NCBI GenBank assembly: GCA_045638525.1
Contig: JAZUBQ010000012.1
Location: forward strand, 162,094 to 226,093
Length of the DNA: 64,000 nt
Origin: Clostridia bacterium
GTDB lineage: Bacteria > Bacillota > Clostridia > UMGS1840
Direction of reading: 5' to 3'
The position numbers and the translations under genes are program-made. The notes below the pieces were generated by a model that saw only the letters and a program-made list of their open reading frames with translations, ran no database searches and was not told the DNA's origin. The stretch's first letter is position 1, and each line of letters opens with the position of its first letter. Positions 40,767 through 49,803 of the stretch are shown one piece after another.

Positions 40767-41167
40767 ATATTTCCTCTTTCGTTGGGTAGTAAAGTTGCTT
40801 TGGGCAATTTTAATTTCCGAAGTGCTATCACTATCATAACAAATGCCAGAATCCCTGCCAGAACAGCAGCCAATGAAGCCACAGTTTCAGGACAGAAACA
40901 GCTGAGCATCAGATATACCGCAAAAATGATGCAAAGTGGACAGACAAATACTAAAAAGGACAGTAAAAAATACCGATTTTTGGAAGTTTCCAACACCACA
41001 CGGTCTCCCACTTTGATTTCTTTCTCGCCTTCTGCCACAATTTGTGACGTGCCGGCACTGCAACTTCCGCAACTGTGACAGTTTCCGCCACACGCAGAAG
41101 CACGTTTGATTTCCACCAAAATCCGCTGATTTTCTAACTTTTGCACCACAGTTCCGATGGTTTTCAT
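40763..41167 (-). CDS. RseC/MucC-family (SoxR-reducing-system type) Cys-rich membrane protein
   Basis: 134 aa. The N-terminal domain has CGGNCHSCGSCS, followed by two TM helices. This layout is typical of RseC-family proteins. Confidence 0.65.
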   Translation of the reverse strand: MKTIGTVVQKLENQRILVEIKRASACGGNCHSCGSCSAGTSQIVAEGEKEIKVGDRVVLETSKNRYFLLSFLVFVCPLCIIFAVYLMLSCFCPETVASLAAVLAGILAFVMIVIALRKLKLPKATLLPNERGNI

Positions 41168-41168
41168 T

Positions 41169-42836
41169 TTAACACTCCTGTTTGAATTTTTTTGCCAATT
41201 CTAACATTTCATGAGCACTTTGACGTGTCAACTCAGTCACAGTTACTCCGCCTAACATACGGGCAAGTTCTTCTGTACGCATGGTATCTTCCACAACGCA
41301 TACTGAAGTCTTGGTTCCCAGCGTATCTTCCGTTTTGGAAACCACAATATGTTGGTCTGCCATTGCTGCAATCTGAGGCAAATGTGTAACACAAAGCACC
41401 TGAGAACCTTTTGTCCCATTGGCAATGGCACACATCTTTTCTCCGGTTTTTTGTGCAGCTCTTCCGCTTAACCCCGTATCAATTTCATCAAACACAAAGG
41501 CACACGCCGGGTCAATCCCCCGAAGAATGGATTTTAGCGCCAGATTCACTCTGGAAATTTCTCCACCGGATGCAATTTTAGACAAGGGAGCCGGTGGCAT
41601 TCCCGCATTTGCGGAAAATAAAAACTTCACCTGCTCTGCCCCGTATGCTCCATATTCATCCTCATGGACCAGTTCCACTAAAAAACGTGCGGAAGGCATC
41701 ATCAAATCTGAAAGTTCCGTTTCCAGAGCTTGTGCCAAACGAGGTGCCGCTTCTTCCCTTTGTTGGGTAAGCTTTTCTGCTAAAAGGGCAAGTTCTGTGC
41801 GAATTGTTTCTTTTTCCTGATATAGTTTAGAAACCAACGTTTCTCTGTTTTCTGTTTGATACAGCTGGGCTTTTGCGTTTTCCAAATAGGAAAGCACACT
41901 TTCAAATGTGCCGCCGTATTTCATTTTCAGCTGATAAATCACATTCAGCCGTTCTTCTATTTCATCTAAATTCTGATATTCACATTCAACCTGTTCGCTA
42001 TGATGACGAATGGTTTCTGACAGCTCGGAAATTTCATATTTCAAATCATACAGTCGTTCGGCAACGGCTTCCAATCCTTCAATATTTCGGACTGCTGTTT
42101 CTGCAAGAGAAAGATATTGATATGCGCTTTCCTCGTTTTCATACAGTGCATAAGTTGCAGCTTGAATATTCTGCTGATTTTTTTCCTGATTTTTCATCTG
42201 CAGTTTGATTTGCTTTAGGTTTTCTTCTTCCATAGGTTGCAAGTTAGCTCCCTCGATTTCCGAAACCACAAACCTTAGATAATCGACACGACTGTTATCC
42301 TGTTCATTTTTTTCTTCTAATTTGGAAATTTCGCCCAAAACATTCCGATAGTTCAGATAGCACTCCCGATAACTCTTAAAAAGTTCTTGATTTTCTGCAT
42401 AACGGTCCAAAAAACGGTAGTGAAGTTCTTCCCGGAACAAAATCTGATTATCATTTTGTGAATGAATACTGATTAAATAGGGTGAAAGTTCACGCAAAAT
42501 TGCTGTATTACAAAGACTGCCGTTTAATTTCACCACATTTCTGCCATCCCGAAAAATTTCACGGGAAATGATAAGCGAACCATCCATCAGATAAGACGAA
42601 AGAGCTTCCGGTTCGGTTGCATCCGAAAAGAAAAATTCTGCTTCCACCAACGTAGACTTTTCGTCAGCACGAATCATTTCTTTCGACATTCTTGCACCCA
42701 TTACCGCTTGCAAAGCATCCATCAAAATAGATTTCCCGGCACCGGTTTCACCGGTCAGCACAGTAAGACCTCGGTCAAAGTGAATCTCTGCTTCACGAAT
42801 AACCGCTAAATTTTTAATTAAAATGGTCGTTAGCAT
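41169..42836 (-). CDS. recN: DNA repair protein RecN
   Basis: 555 aa with Walker A GETGAGKSIL, a long coiled-coil middle section, and C-terminal SGGEISR and FDEIDTG motifs. Confidence 0.9.
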   Translation of the reverse strand: MLTTILIKNLAVIREAEIHFDRGLTVLTGETGAGKSILMDALQAVMGARMSKEMIRADEKSTLVEAEFFFSDATEPEALSSYLMDGSLIISREIFRDGRNVVKLNGSLCNTAILRELSPYLISIHSQNDNQILFREELHYRFLDRYAENQELFKSYRECYLNYRNVLGEISKLEEKNEQDNSRVDYLRFVVSEIEGANLQPMEEENLKQIKLQMKNQEKNQQNIQAATYALYENEESAYQYLSLAETAVRNIEGLEAVAERLYDLKYEISELSETIRHHSEQVECEYQNLDEIEERLNVIYQLKMKYGGTFESVLSYLENAKAQLYQTENRETLVSKLYQEKETIRTELALLAEKLTQQREEAAPRLAQALETELSDLMMPSARFLVELVHEDEYGAYGAEQVKFLFSANAGMPPAPLSKIASGGEISRVNLALKSILRGIDPACAFVFDEIDTGLSGRAAQKTGEKMCAIANGTKGSQVLCVTHLPQIAAMADQHIVVSKTEDTLGTKTSVCVVEDTMRTEELARMLGGVTVTELTRQSAHEMLELAKKFKQEC

Positions 42837-42891
42837 AACCGTTCTCCGTTCTGCCCATCAGGCAACCGCTTATCCTTTGATTTTTAAAAAT

Positions 42892-43341
42892 TTATAAGTG
42901 GGTTTTTAAGTATTGAGATACCCGTTCGGTCACTTCCGGACCACGACAAACCACCATAATGGTATCGTCGCCGGCAATCGTTCCCAAAATATCGTGATTT
43001 CCCAAATGGTCAATGGATGCAGCAATCCCTTGTGCCATTCCTACCGCAGTGTGAATGACTAAAATATTGACGCTTGCCTCCACCGATAAAATCATATTTT
43101 TGAAAAATCCAAGATGTGTACTGTTTTTCCCGGCATGAAACTCAGCTCTGGGAGCACAATAACAAATCTCACCATTTTCATCAGTTGTTTTCACAATTTT
43201 TAATTCCTTAATATCGCGGGAAATGGTTGCCTGCGTTACCGTATAGCCCATTTGAATTAACCGTTCGGTCAAATCCTCCTGGGTTCTGATTTTTTCCCGA
43301 CGAATCAAAGACAGTAAGTCATCTTGTCTTCTTTTTTTCAT
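42892..43341 (-). CDS. argR: Arginine repressor
   Basis: 149 aa with an N-terminal winged-helix region (QEDLTERLIQMGYTVTQATISRDIKEL) and the C-terminal GTIAGDDTI motif. Confidence 0.9.
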   Translation of the reverse strand: MKKRRQDDLLSLIRREKIRTQEDLTERLIQMGYTVTQATISRDIKELKIVKTTDENGEICYCAPRAEFHAGKNSTHLGFFKNMILSVEASVNILVIHTAVGMAQGIAASIDHLGNHDILGTIAGDDTIMVVCRGPEVTERVSQYLKTHL

Positions 43342-43355
43342 AACAAAAACCTCTC

Positions 43356-44186
43356 TTAGAGTTTATCTTTTAAAACAGAATAAAAATTTCGATTCACAAT
43401 CCGAACCAATTTGGTGGTATGCTCGGATAAACGGATGGTAAGTTCCATCTCAGGATTTATGGTGACAGCCTCGTTTCCATCATAAGATAAAAACGAAATA
43501 TTTTCTGTTCCCTCTTTTTGCTTCACCGTGATGGTTCGATTTTTACAAATAATCATAGGTCGACTGGTCAATGTATGAGGACAGATGGGGGTTACCGCAA
43601 AGGCTTCTGTCAATGGGTCAATCACCGCTCCGCCTGCTGACAGAGAATACGCTGTGGACCCTGTTGGAGTTGACACAATCAAACCATCGGCACGAATGGG
43701 TGTGCACAGTGCGTTGTCAATGTAAAATTCCATTTCCAGCATTTTCGCAAAATTCCCACGGGATAATGCAATTTCATTCAAAGCGGTGAATCGATGTTTT
43801 TCTCCTGTTTTATCGGTTACCACAGCCGACAGCATCATTCGTTCGTCAATGGAATATTCTCCTGTAAAAATATGACGCACCAAATCCATTTCGTCTTGTT
43901 CTAAATCAGTCAAAAGACCAACCCGACCAAAATTGATGCCCAAAATCGGAATATCATATTGGGATGCAGACTGAGCCACACGAAGCAACGTTCCGTCGCC
44001 TCCCAACACAATCACCATTTCAACGGTTTTATAAAACTCATCCGAAGAAAGCATATTTGCAACATTGCCCATTCCGCTATCACAAGGAAAATACACACAA
44101 GCTCCGTTTTCTTCCAACAATGAAATCAATCGTGTAATCACAGAGACATCAATATTCGATTTTCCGCTCACAATTCCTATGTTCAT
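43356..44186 (-). CDS. nadK: NAD kinase
   Basis: Start taken at the ATG at 44186 (MNIGIV..). Motifs are GGDGTLL, NFGRVGLL and STPTGSTAYSLSAGG. Confidence 0.9.
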   Translation of the reverse strand: MNIGIVSGKSNIDVSVITRLISLLEENGACVYFPCDSGMGNVANMLSSDEFYKTVEMVIVLGGDGTLLRVAQSASQYDIPILGINFGRVGLLTDLEQDEMDLVRHIFTGEYSIDERMMLSAVVTDKTGEKHRFTALNEIALSRGNFAKMLEMEFYIDNALCTPIRADGLIVSTPTGSTAYSLSAGGAVIDPLTEAFAVTPICPHTLTSRPMIICKNRTITVKQKEGTENISFLSYDGNEAVTINPEMELTIRLSEHTTKLVRIVNRNFYSVLKDKL

Positions 44187-44199
44187 ACGATCCCTCGTT

Positions 44200-44997
44200 T
44201 TAGTCCAATGTGGTATGGGACTGTTCTGTAATTTCTTTTGCTTTGGCAAGATAATCCATTGAAGGCTCTTGCCGTTTTGTCATATATAATAAGTATTCAA
44301 TATTTCCTTCCGGTCCCTTGATGGGAGAAAAATCCAAATCCAGCAAAGTAAGTCCTTTGGCTTGCATTTGCTCACAAACTTTCACAATCACATCGTGATG
44401 CACCTTTTTATCCTTCACCACGCCTTTTTTGCCCACAAATTCTCTGCCTGCTTCAAACTGCGGTTTGATTAACACCATAAGCTCTGCAGAATCACTCAGC
44501 AAATCTACCACGGTAGATAAGGCGGTATTTAAAGAAATAAATGCCACATCGGCGGATAAAAAGTCTGCCCGTTCCGGAATTTCTTTTTCGGTGAGGTAGC
44601 GGGCGTTGGTTCTCTCTAATACCACCACACGCTCATCACTTCGGAGTTTCCAGTCCAACTGACCGTATCCCACATCCACCGCATAGACTTTTTTCGCTCC
44701 GTTTTGAAGCATACAGTCTGTAAAACCACCGGTAGACGCACCAATATCTACACAAATTTTATTTTTTAAATCAATTCCAAACACTTTAACCCCTTTGTCC
44801 AGCTTATAACCTCCGCGTGATACAAACGGAAGGTCTTCTTTCACCGTAAGGGTTTGTGTGTCTTCAATCATTTCGCCTGCTTTATATGCCTTTTGTCCAT
44901 CTACATATACCTGCCCTGCCATGATAAGCGCTTTCGCCTTCTCACGGGAAGCAGCAAGTCCCTGTTCGGTCAAGGCTACATCCAGTCTTATTTTCAA
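44200..44997 (-). CDS. tlyA: TlyA-family rRNA 2'-O-methyltransferase
   Basis: 265 aa with an S4 domain (RLDVALTEQGLAASREKAKALIMAGQV) and an FtsJ-like DIGASTGGFTD motif. Confidence 0.9.
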   Translation of the reverse strand: MKIRLDVALTEQGLAASREKAKALIMAGQVYVDGQKAYKAGEMIEDTQTLTVKEDLPFVSRGGYKLDKGVKVFGIDLKNKICVDIGASTGGFTDCMLQNGAKKVYAVDVGYGQLDWKLRSDERVVVLERTNARYLTEKEIPERADFLSADVAFISLNTALSTVVDLLSDSAELMVLIKPQFEAGREFVGKKGVVKDKKVHHDVIVKVCEQMQAKGLTLLDLDFSPIKGPEGNIEYLLYMTKRQEPSMDYLAKAKEITEQSHTTLD

Positions 44998-46850
44998 CGG
45001 AAAAACTCCTCCATAATTTTTTCAGCCACGCTTTCTCCATCCATTTTCAACAAAGAAAGCAACTCCTCAACACTACCGTGAGGAACATAACAATCGGGAA
45101 CCGAAACCGAAAGCAACGGCAATGCAGTGAATCCCGATAACATTGAGTAAATGCCGCCATATCGACTGGCACTTTCCATCACAACACCACGTTTGGTCTT
45201 TTGCAAAGAAGTTGCAATGGTATCAAAATCCAAAGGTTTTATATATCGCAAATTGATAAGTTCAGCCGAAACCCCTTGCTCTTTTAACATTTGGGTGGCT
45301 TTCAGACCTTCCGAAATCATTGTTCCGTCGCAGAAAATACTCACGTGTTTTCCGGGAACTAAAATCTGTGCTTTTCCCGGTTGATATTTCTGCTCCAATT
45401 TCGCAACTTCCGGATCCTCCGTACCTTTGGGATATCGAATGGCACAAGGAGAATCATAATCGTTAATCGCTTCTTTTAACATAAAGTCCAAATCATGATA
45501 AGTTGCCGGAGAAAACACAGTCATATTCGGCATGGAAGTCAGATAAGAAATGTCAAAAATCCCCTGATGTGTTTCTCCATCCTCTCCCACAATTCCGGCA
45601 CGATCCACTGCAAATACACAATGCAGATTCATGCCGCAAACATCGGTAAGGAGCTGGTCGTATGCCCGCTGTAAGAAAGAAGAATATACAGCGAATACCG
45701 GAACCATGCCGGAAATGGACAATCCTGCCGCCAGCCCTGCTCCGTGAGCTTCCGCTATGGCAACATCATAATAACGTTCAGGAAATTTATAACGAAAATC
45801 GCTTAATCCGGTGCCATCCGGCATTGCAGCAGTAATCGCAACAATTTTTTTATTTTCCGCTGCCATTGTTTCCAAAGTGGTACCAAAGGCTTTGGAAAAA
45901 TTCTTGTGGTTTTCTGCCGAAATTCCCACTTTGACATCAAAAGGTTTCACTCCGTGGAACAAATCCGGTCGTTCTTCCGCAAAAGAGTATCCTTTGCCTT
46001 TCTTGGTAAGTACGTGAATCACCATCGGCTTGTCCACATCTTTTAACTGTTCAAACACCTTGCATAACCCTTTGACATCATGTCCGTCAAACGGACCTGC
46101 ATAATAAAAACCTAATTCTTCAAATATATTGCTTCCGAACATCATATTGCGAAAGCCTGTTTTAAAATCAGAAATGGCATTGTATAAATGAGAACCCAGC
46201 CACGGGATTTTGGAAAAGACAGTGGAAACCGTTCCTTTTGTGCGTAAGTAAAGTGGGCTTGTTCGCATTTTTGCCAAGTGATGAGAAATCCCACCCACAT
46301 TTTCCGAAATGCTCATTTCATTATCGTTTAATATCACGATGATGTTATTTTTTTCTCTGCCGGCATCATTCATCGCCTCAATCGCCATTCCGCCGGTCAA
46401 AGCACCGTCCCCAATCATGGCAATCACGTGAGAATTGTCTCCTTGTTGCTCCAGTCCTCGTTTTAACCCAAGTGCCACCGAAATGGAATTGGAACTGTGA
46501 CCGGAATGAAACGTATCAAATTCACTTTCAGTTCGTTTGGGGAAACCGGAAATCCCATTTAATTTTCGCAAATTAGCAAAGCCTTCTGCACGACCTGTCA
46601 GAATCTTATGAACATAGCTTTGATGCCCCACATCAAAAATGATTTTATCATCCGGAAACGAAAAAGACTTATGAAGTGCAACCGTTAACTCTACAGCGCC
46701 TAAATTAGATGCCAGATGCCCCCCGGTTTGGGAAACAGAATCCAACAAAAACTCCCGAATTTCTGTGCAGAGTGTTTCCAATTCGGAGACAGACATATTC
46801 TTGATATTTTGATAGTTTTTTGTTTTTTCAAACAATTTCTGATGTTTCAC
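44994..46850 (-). CDS. dxs: 1-deoxy-D-xylulose-5-phosphate synthase
   Basis: 618 aa with GGHLASNLGAVELTVALH, the TPP motif GDGALTGGMAIEA, and DVAIAEAHG. Confidence 0.95.
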   Translation of the reverse strand: MKHQKLFEKTKNYQNIKNMSVSELETLCTEIREFLLDSVSQTGGHLASNLGAVELTVALHKSFSFPDDKIIFDVGHQSYVHKILTGRAEGFANLRKLNGISGFPKRTESEFDTFHSGHSSNSISVALGLKRGLEQQGDNSHVIAMIGDGALTGGMAIEAMNDAGREKNNIIVILNDNEMSISENVGGISHHLAKMRTSPLYLRTKGTVSTVFSKIPWLGSHLYNAISDFKTGFRNMMFGSNIFEELGFYYAGPFDGHDVKGLCKVFEQLKDVDKPMVIHVLTKKGKGYSFAEERPDLFHGVKPFDVKVGISAENHKNFSKAFGTTLETMAAENKKIVAITAAMPDGTGLSDFRYKFPERYYDVAIAEAHGAGLAAGLSISGMVPVFAVYSSFLQRAYDQLLTDVCGMNLHCVFAVDRAGIVGEDGETHQGIFDISYLTSMPNMTVFSPATYHDLDFMLKEAINDYDSPCAIRYPKGTEDPEVAKLEQKYQPGKAQILVPGKHVSIFCDGTMISEGLKATQMLKEQGVSAELINLRYIKPLDFDTIATSLQKTKRGVVMESASRYGGIYSMLSGFTALPLLSVSVPDCYVPHGSVEELLSLLKMDGESVAEKIMEEFFR

Positions 46851-46892
46851 GGCGTTTTTCTCCGTTCTTTTTCACTTTTTATCGGTAACGAT

Positions 46893-47501
46893 TTATTGTT
46901 TCTTCTGAAATAATAAACCGATGTTTTTCATATAATAGGCAATTTTTCCAACCAAAAACACAATCTTTTCTGCATTTTTGATGGCATATTTCTTTCCGGC
47001 AGCCTTTCCGCCAACCGTCAATGCGGCAACCAATGCCGACAACAAACTTAAAATAATAAACTCTCCGAATTGAGGATTACTGTCTACAAACAAACCTTTT
47101 AACATTGTCAAAAAATACACACCGATTGTTGTTCCGGTTGCACCACTGACAATTCCGGCAATATCTCCGATAACATCGTTAAAGATATTGGTTGCTTTTT
47201 CTGCATTTTTAAGGAGTACCAACGCTTCTTTGGCACCTCCGATTTTCCTTGCCGCCATGGCATTTAAAGTTTTTTCATCTGCAGTAGCAATGGCAATCCC
47301 TGCCATATCAGCAACAATCCCCACCAAAACAATGAGAACAAGTACCAAAAGTGCAGGAAGCAAACTTAAATTTTTGGATAATACATCGGCAAACATCCCC
47401 ATAAAAAAAGCAATTAAAAAGGTGATAATGGTAATTTTAACTGCCCAATTCATCGGTTTTCTCTGTCGCTTGGGAATGTCGTCTTTTTTATTGGATTCCA
47501 T
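46893..47501 (-). CDS. oapA: Four-TM membrane protein in the position of OapA (OLE-associated protein A)
   Basis: 202 aa with a basic N-terminus (KKDDIPKRQRKP) and four hydrophobic helices. It lies directly between the ORF-free structured region and dxs, as published for oapA. The call rests on context only. Confidence 0.55.
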   Translation of the reverse strand: MESNKKDDIPKRQRKPMNWAVKITIITFLIAFFMGMFADVLSKNLSLLPALLVLVLIVLVGIVADMAGIAIATADEKTLNAMAARKIGGAKEALVLLKNAEKATNIFNDVIGDIAGIVSGATGTTIGVYFLTMLKGLFVDSNPQFGEFIILSLLSALVAALTVGGKAAGKKYAIKNAEKIVFLVGKIAYYMKNIGLLFQKKQ

Positions 47502-47550
47502 AAGTTACTCCATCAATTTTTTTAATATTTATTATCATTCTATCCCATTG

Positions 47551-47579
47551 ATTGTACTCTGCAATCTTATCTTTTTCAA
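47551..47579 (-). promoter_or_regulatory. Possible sigma-A promoter for the oapA-like gene
   Basis: Minus strand reads TTGAAA (47579-47574), a 17-nt spacer, then TACAAT (47556-47551). Confidence 0.4.
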
Positions 47580-47649
47580 ATTAAAAAAGTTCTAAAATTG
47601 TAAAATAGAATGGAACATTATAGTTCAAACTCTGATATGATTCTTTAAA

Positions 47650-48400
47650 AATTTGTAAAATCGACTTGGACATTTGATGTTCGTGGAGAAAATTTTTAAA
47701 CAAGAGTGAGTGAAAAGCACAAAGAATACTTTTTGTATTCCCAAGCATTTTCGCACGCTATGGCTAAAAATTACCTACGAAAAGCAAGTGGACAAGTCCA
47801 TTTTACAATTCAAATAAGTAGCGTGGCAGAACCGGAGTAAATTCTGCGGCTTAGGTCGAGTTGGATTTCCCGAAAAGCTACTCCTTGTCGCCAATGGAGC
47901 GATTTCTCTTAAAAACTTTTCCGATAAAGTCGCCAAACTATCGCACTCGATCGCCACTGAGTCCGCACTGCAATCCTCCGGTGCTATTCTGTCTAGTGGT
48001 TTTCCCAAACAACATTTGTGCTATTTAATCCTGTTTTGCAAACAGAGTTTCAACCGGCGATAACTTCCTTGGATAGGCCTACTCCAAAAAAAGTCTGATC
48101 CGAATCTCCCCTCATATTCACTCAAGGCAAGCTACTCTGCACACAGCAATCCAAATCAATGTCATACCGCAATTGCAGGTTTAATCCTGAACCGTAGAAG
48201 GAAGCTTGTGTCGATTAAGTCACAGAATATTCCGACCACGAGGACAGGTCTCCACGGAAATAGGGTTGTTGCCGCTATGCCATTAACTGCCGCCCCATAA
48301 CCTTAACTCCCAGCATCCGCCCCGGACTGGGCGTCCAAAGCAAACACAAGAAACTTCATCGATATGCTCTTTAACGGATTTTTAGGCCCGTCTTCAATAA
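47650..48400 (-). ncRNA. ole: Large structured non-coding RNA, probably OLE (ornate, large, extremophilic) RNA; the ends are approximate
   Basis: The 940-nt gap has no credible ORF. Hand-counted GC is 52-53% per 60-nt line, against 13% for a normal intergenic line. It holds many local and long-range helices. The flanking gene order ispA/PAP2 ... oapA-like/dxs/tlyA/nadK/argR/recN matches the published OLE operon. No covariance model was run. Confidence 0.6.
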
Positions 48401-48440
48401 CACATAGTTGACTAGAATACAGCGCCACAATATAAAATAA

Positions 48441-48896
48441 CTATATTATGATAACAGAAAAACAAATTCCAATCACAATTCCAAGCAATGCACCAACCAG
48501 CACTTCCGGCTTGGTATGTCCAATCAATTCTTTTAATTCCTGATCGATATGGAATTCTTGTTTTTCAAACTTTTTGATAATTCGATTTAAAATTTTTGCC
48601 TGTTCTCCTGCTTCCTTTCTGACGCCTGCAGCATCATACATCACAATCACTGCAAATGCCACCGTTATCGCAAACAACGGCGTATCAAAACCGTATTGCA
48701 ACCCCACACAAGTTCCCAAGGTACACACCGAAGAAGAATGTGAACTGGGCATTCCGCCGGAACCGATGCAACGAGTCCAATCCAGTTGCTTGTGCATCCA
48801 ATAATGAAGCGGAATTTTTAGTAACTGTGCCAATATGCAGGAAAACACTGTCGCCCACAGAATATTGTTGGAAAAAATTTCTCCAAAACTGTGCAA
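48441..48896 (-). CDS. Divergent PAP2-family membrane protein (YuiD-like)
   Basis: 151 aa, polytopic, with GGMPSSHSS and YDAAGVR motifs characteristic of the divergent PAP2 / acid-phosphatase-related family. Confidence 0.7.
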   Translation of the reverse strand: MHSFGEIFSNNILWATVFSCILAQLLKIPLHYWMHKQLDWTRCIGSGGMPSSHSSSVCTLGTCVGLQYGFDTPLFAITVAFAVIVMYDAAGVRKEAGEQAKILNRIIKKFEKQEFHIDQELKELIGHTKPEVLVGALLGIVIGICFSVIII

Positions 48897-48914
48897 AAGC
48901 GATTCCTCCCAATG

Positions 48915-49802
48915 TTAATAATTTCGATTCACCAAAAATAAGGTTAAATCTTTTAAAAACAAAACGGCTTCCTGGTTTTTTATCGATTGAGCCACCATCT
49001 CCAATAAAGAAATGGCTTTATTCTCATATTCTTGCAGAAGTTCTTTACATCGCTTCAATCCATACTCTGAAACAAACGTAATCTTCATATTTTTTTCATC
49101 ACTTAAAATGGGTTTCCCTAATGTTTCGGCATCAGAGGTGACATCTAAAACATCATCCTGAATCTGAAACATCAGACCAATGGTATCTGCATATTGTTCC
49201 AAAAGAGCCAGAGTTTCTTTCTTAGCTCCTCCTAAAATAGCACCAACTGCCACACTTGCCTTTAACAGAGCTCCTGTTTTCTGGCTATACATCAAAGAAA
49301 GCGAATCAAAATCGGTTACCGACTGTTCCATATCTGTCATCTGACCGGCACACATCCCTTTCGCACCGGAAGCAGTTGTGATATATTGCATTGCCTCCAT
49401 TGCACGCTCTGCCGGAAAATGATTGGCATATTTCAACATAGTTTCCATACTCAGATTTAACAGTGCATCTCCTGCCAGAACTGCTCCGAACTCAGAAAAA
49501 CGTTTGTGACAGGTAGGTTTCCCTCTTCGCAAATCGTCATCATCCATACAAGGCAAATCGTCATGGACTAAAGAATAGCTGTGAATCATTTCCATCGCCG
49601 CAGCATAAGGAACTGCTTTTGTAATATCCGATTCAAACAATTCAAACACACCAAGCATGAAAACGGGACGCAAACGTTTTCCGCCGTTCATAACGGCATA
49701 TTCCATAATTTCACGAAGATTCTTTTGAGGAGAACACTGTTTTAGTTCTTCCTGTAAAAATGCTTCTATCAGAAAGACTTTTTGTTCCATTTTTTCTTTC
49801 AT
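48915..49802 (-). CDS. ispA: Polyprenyl (farnesyl/geranylgeranyl) diphosphate synthase
   Basis: Start taken at the ATG at 49802, abutting the xseB stop. The two Asp-rich motifs are LVHDDLPCMDDDDLRRG and FQIQDDVLD. Confidence 0.9.
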   Translation of the reverse strand: MKEKMEQKVFLIEAFLQEELKQCSPQKNLREIMEYAVMNGGKRLRPVFMLGVFELFESDITKAVPYAAAMEMIHSYSLVHDDLPCMDDDDLRRGKPTCHKRFSEFGAVLAGDALLNLSMETMLKYANHFPAERAMEAMQYITTASGAKGMCAGQMTDMEQSVTDFDSLSLMYSQKTGALLKASVAVGAILGGAKKETLALLEQYADTIGLMFQIQDDVLDVTSDAETLGKPILSDEKNMKITFVSEYGLKRCKELLQEYENKAISLLEMVAQSIKNQEAVLFLKDLTLFLVNRNY

Positions 49803-49803
49803 A

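Noticed and set aside
47775-48008. 77-aa minus-strand ORF inside the ORF-free structured region
   Set aside because: It has no RBS and an odd, low-complexity, Ser/Ala/Pro/Cys-rich sequence with no motif. It lies within the region better explained as a structured RNA. I treat it as a chance ORF in GC-rich non-coding sequence.
47500-48440. Alternative identities for the structured region: RNase P RNA, tmRNA, group II intron, or a riboswitch leader
   Set aside because: I could not find the RNase P GAGGAAAGTCC-type core. There is no tmRNA tRNA-like end (GGGG...TCGAA...CCACCA) or tag ORF. There is no group II GUGYG 5' end, domain V-like helix or reverse-transcriptase ORF. At 600 nt or more it is far larger than known riboswitches. 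Synteny favours OLE.
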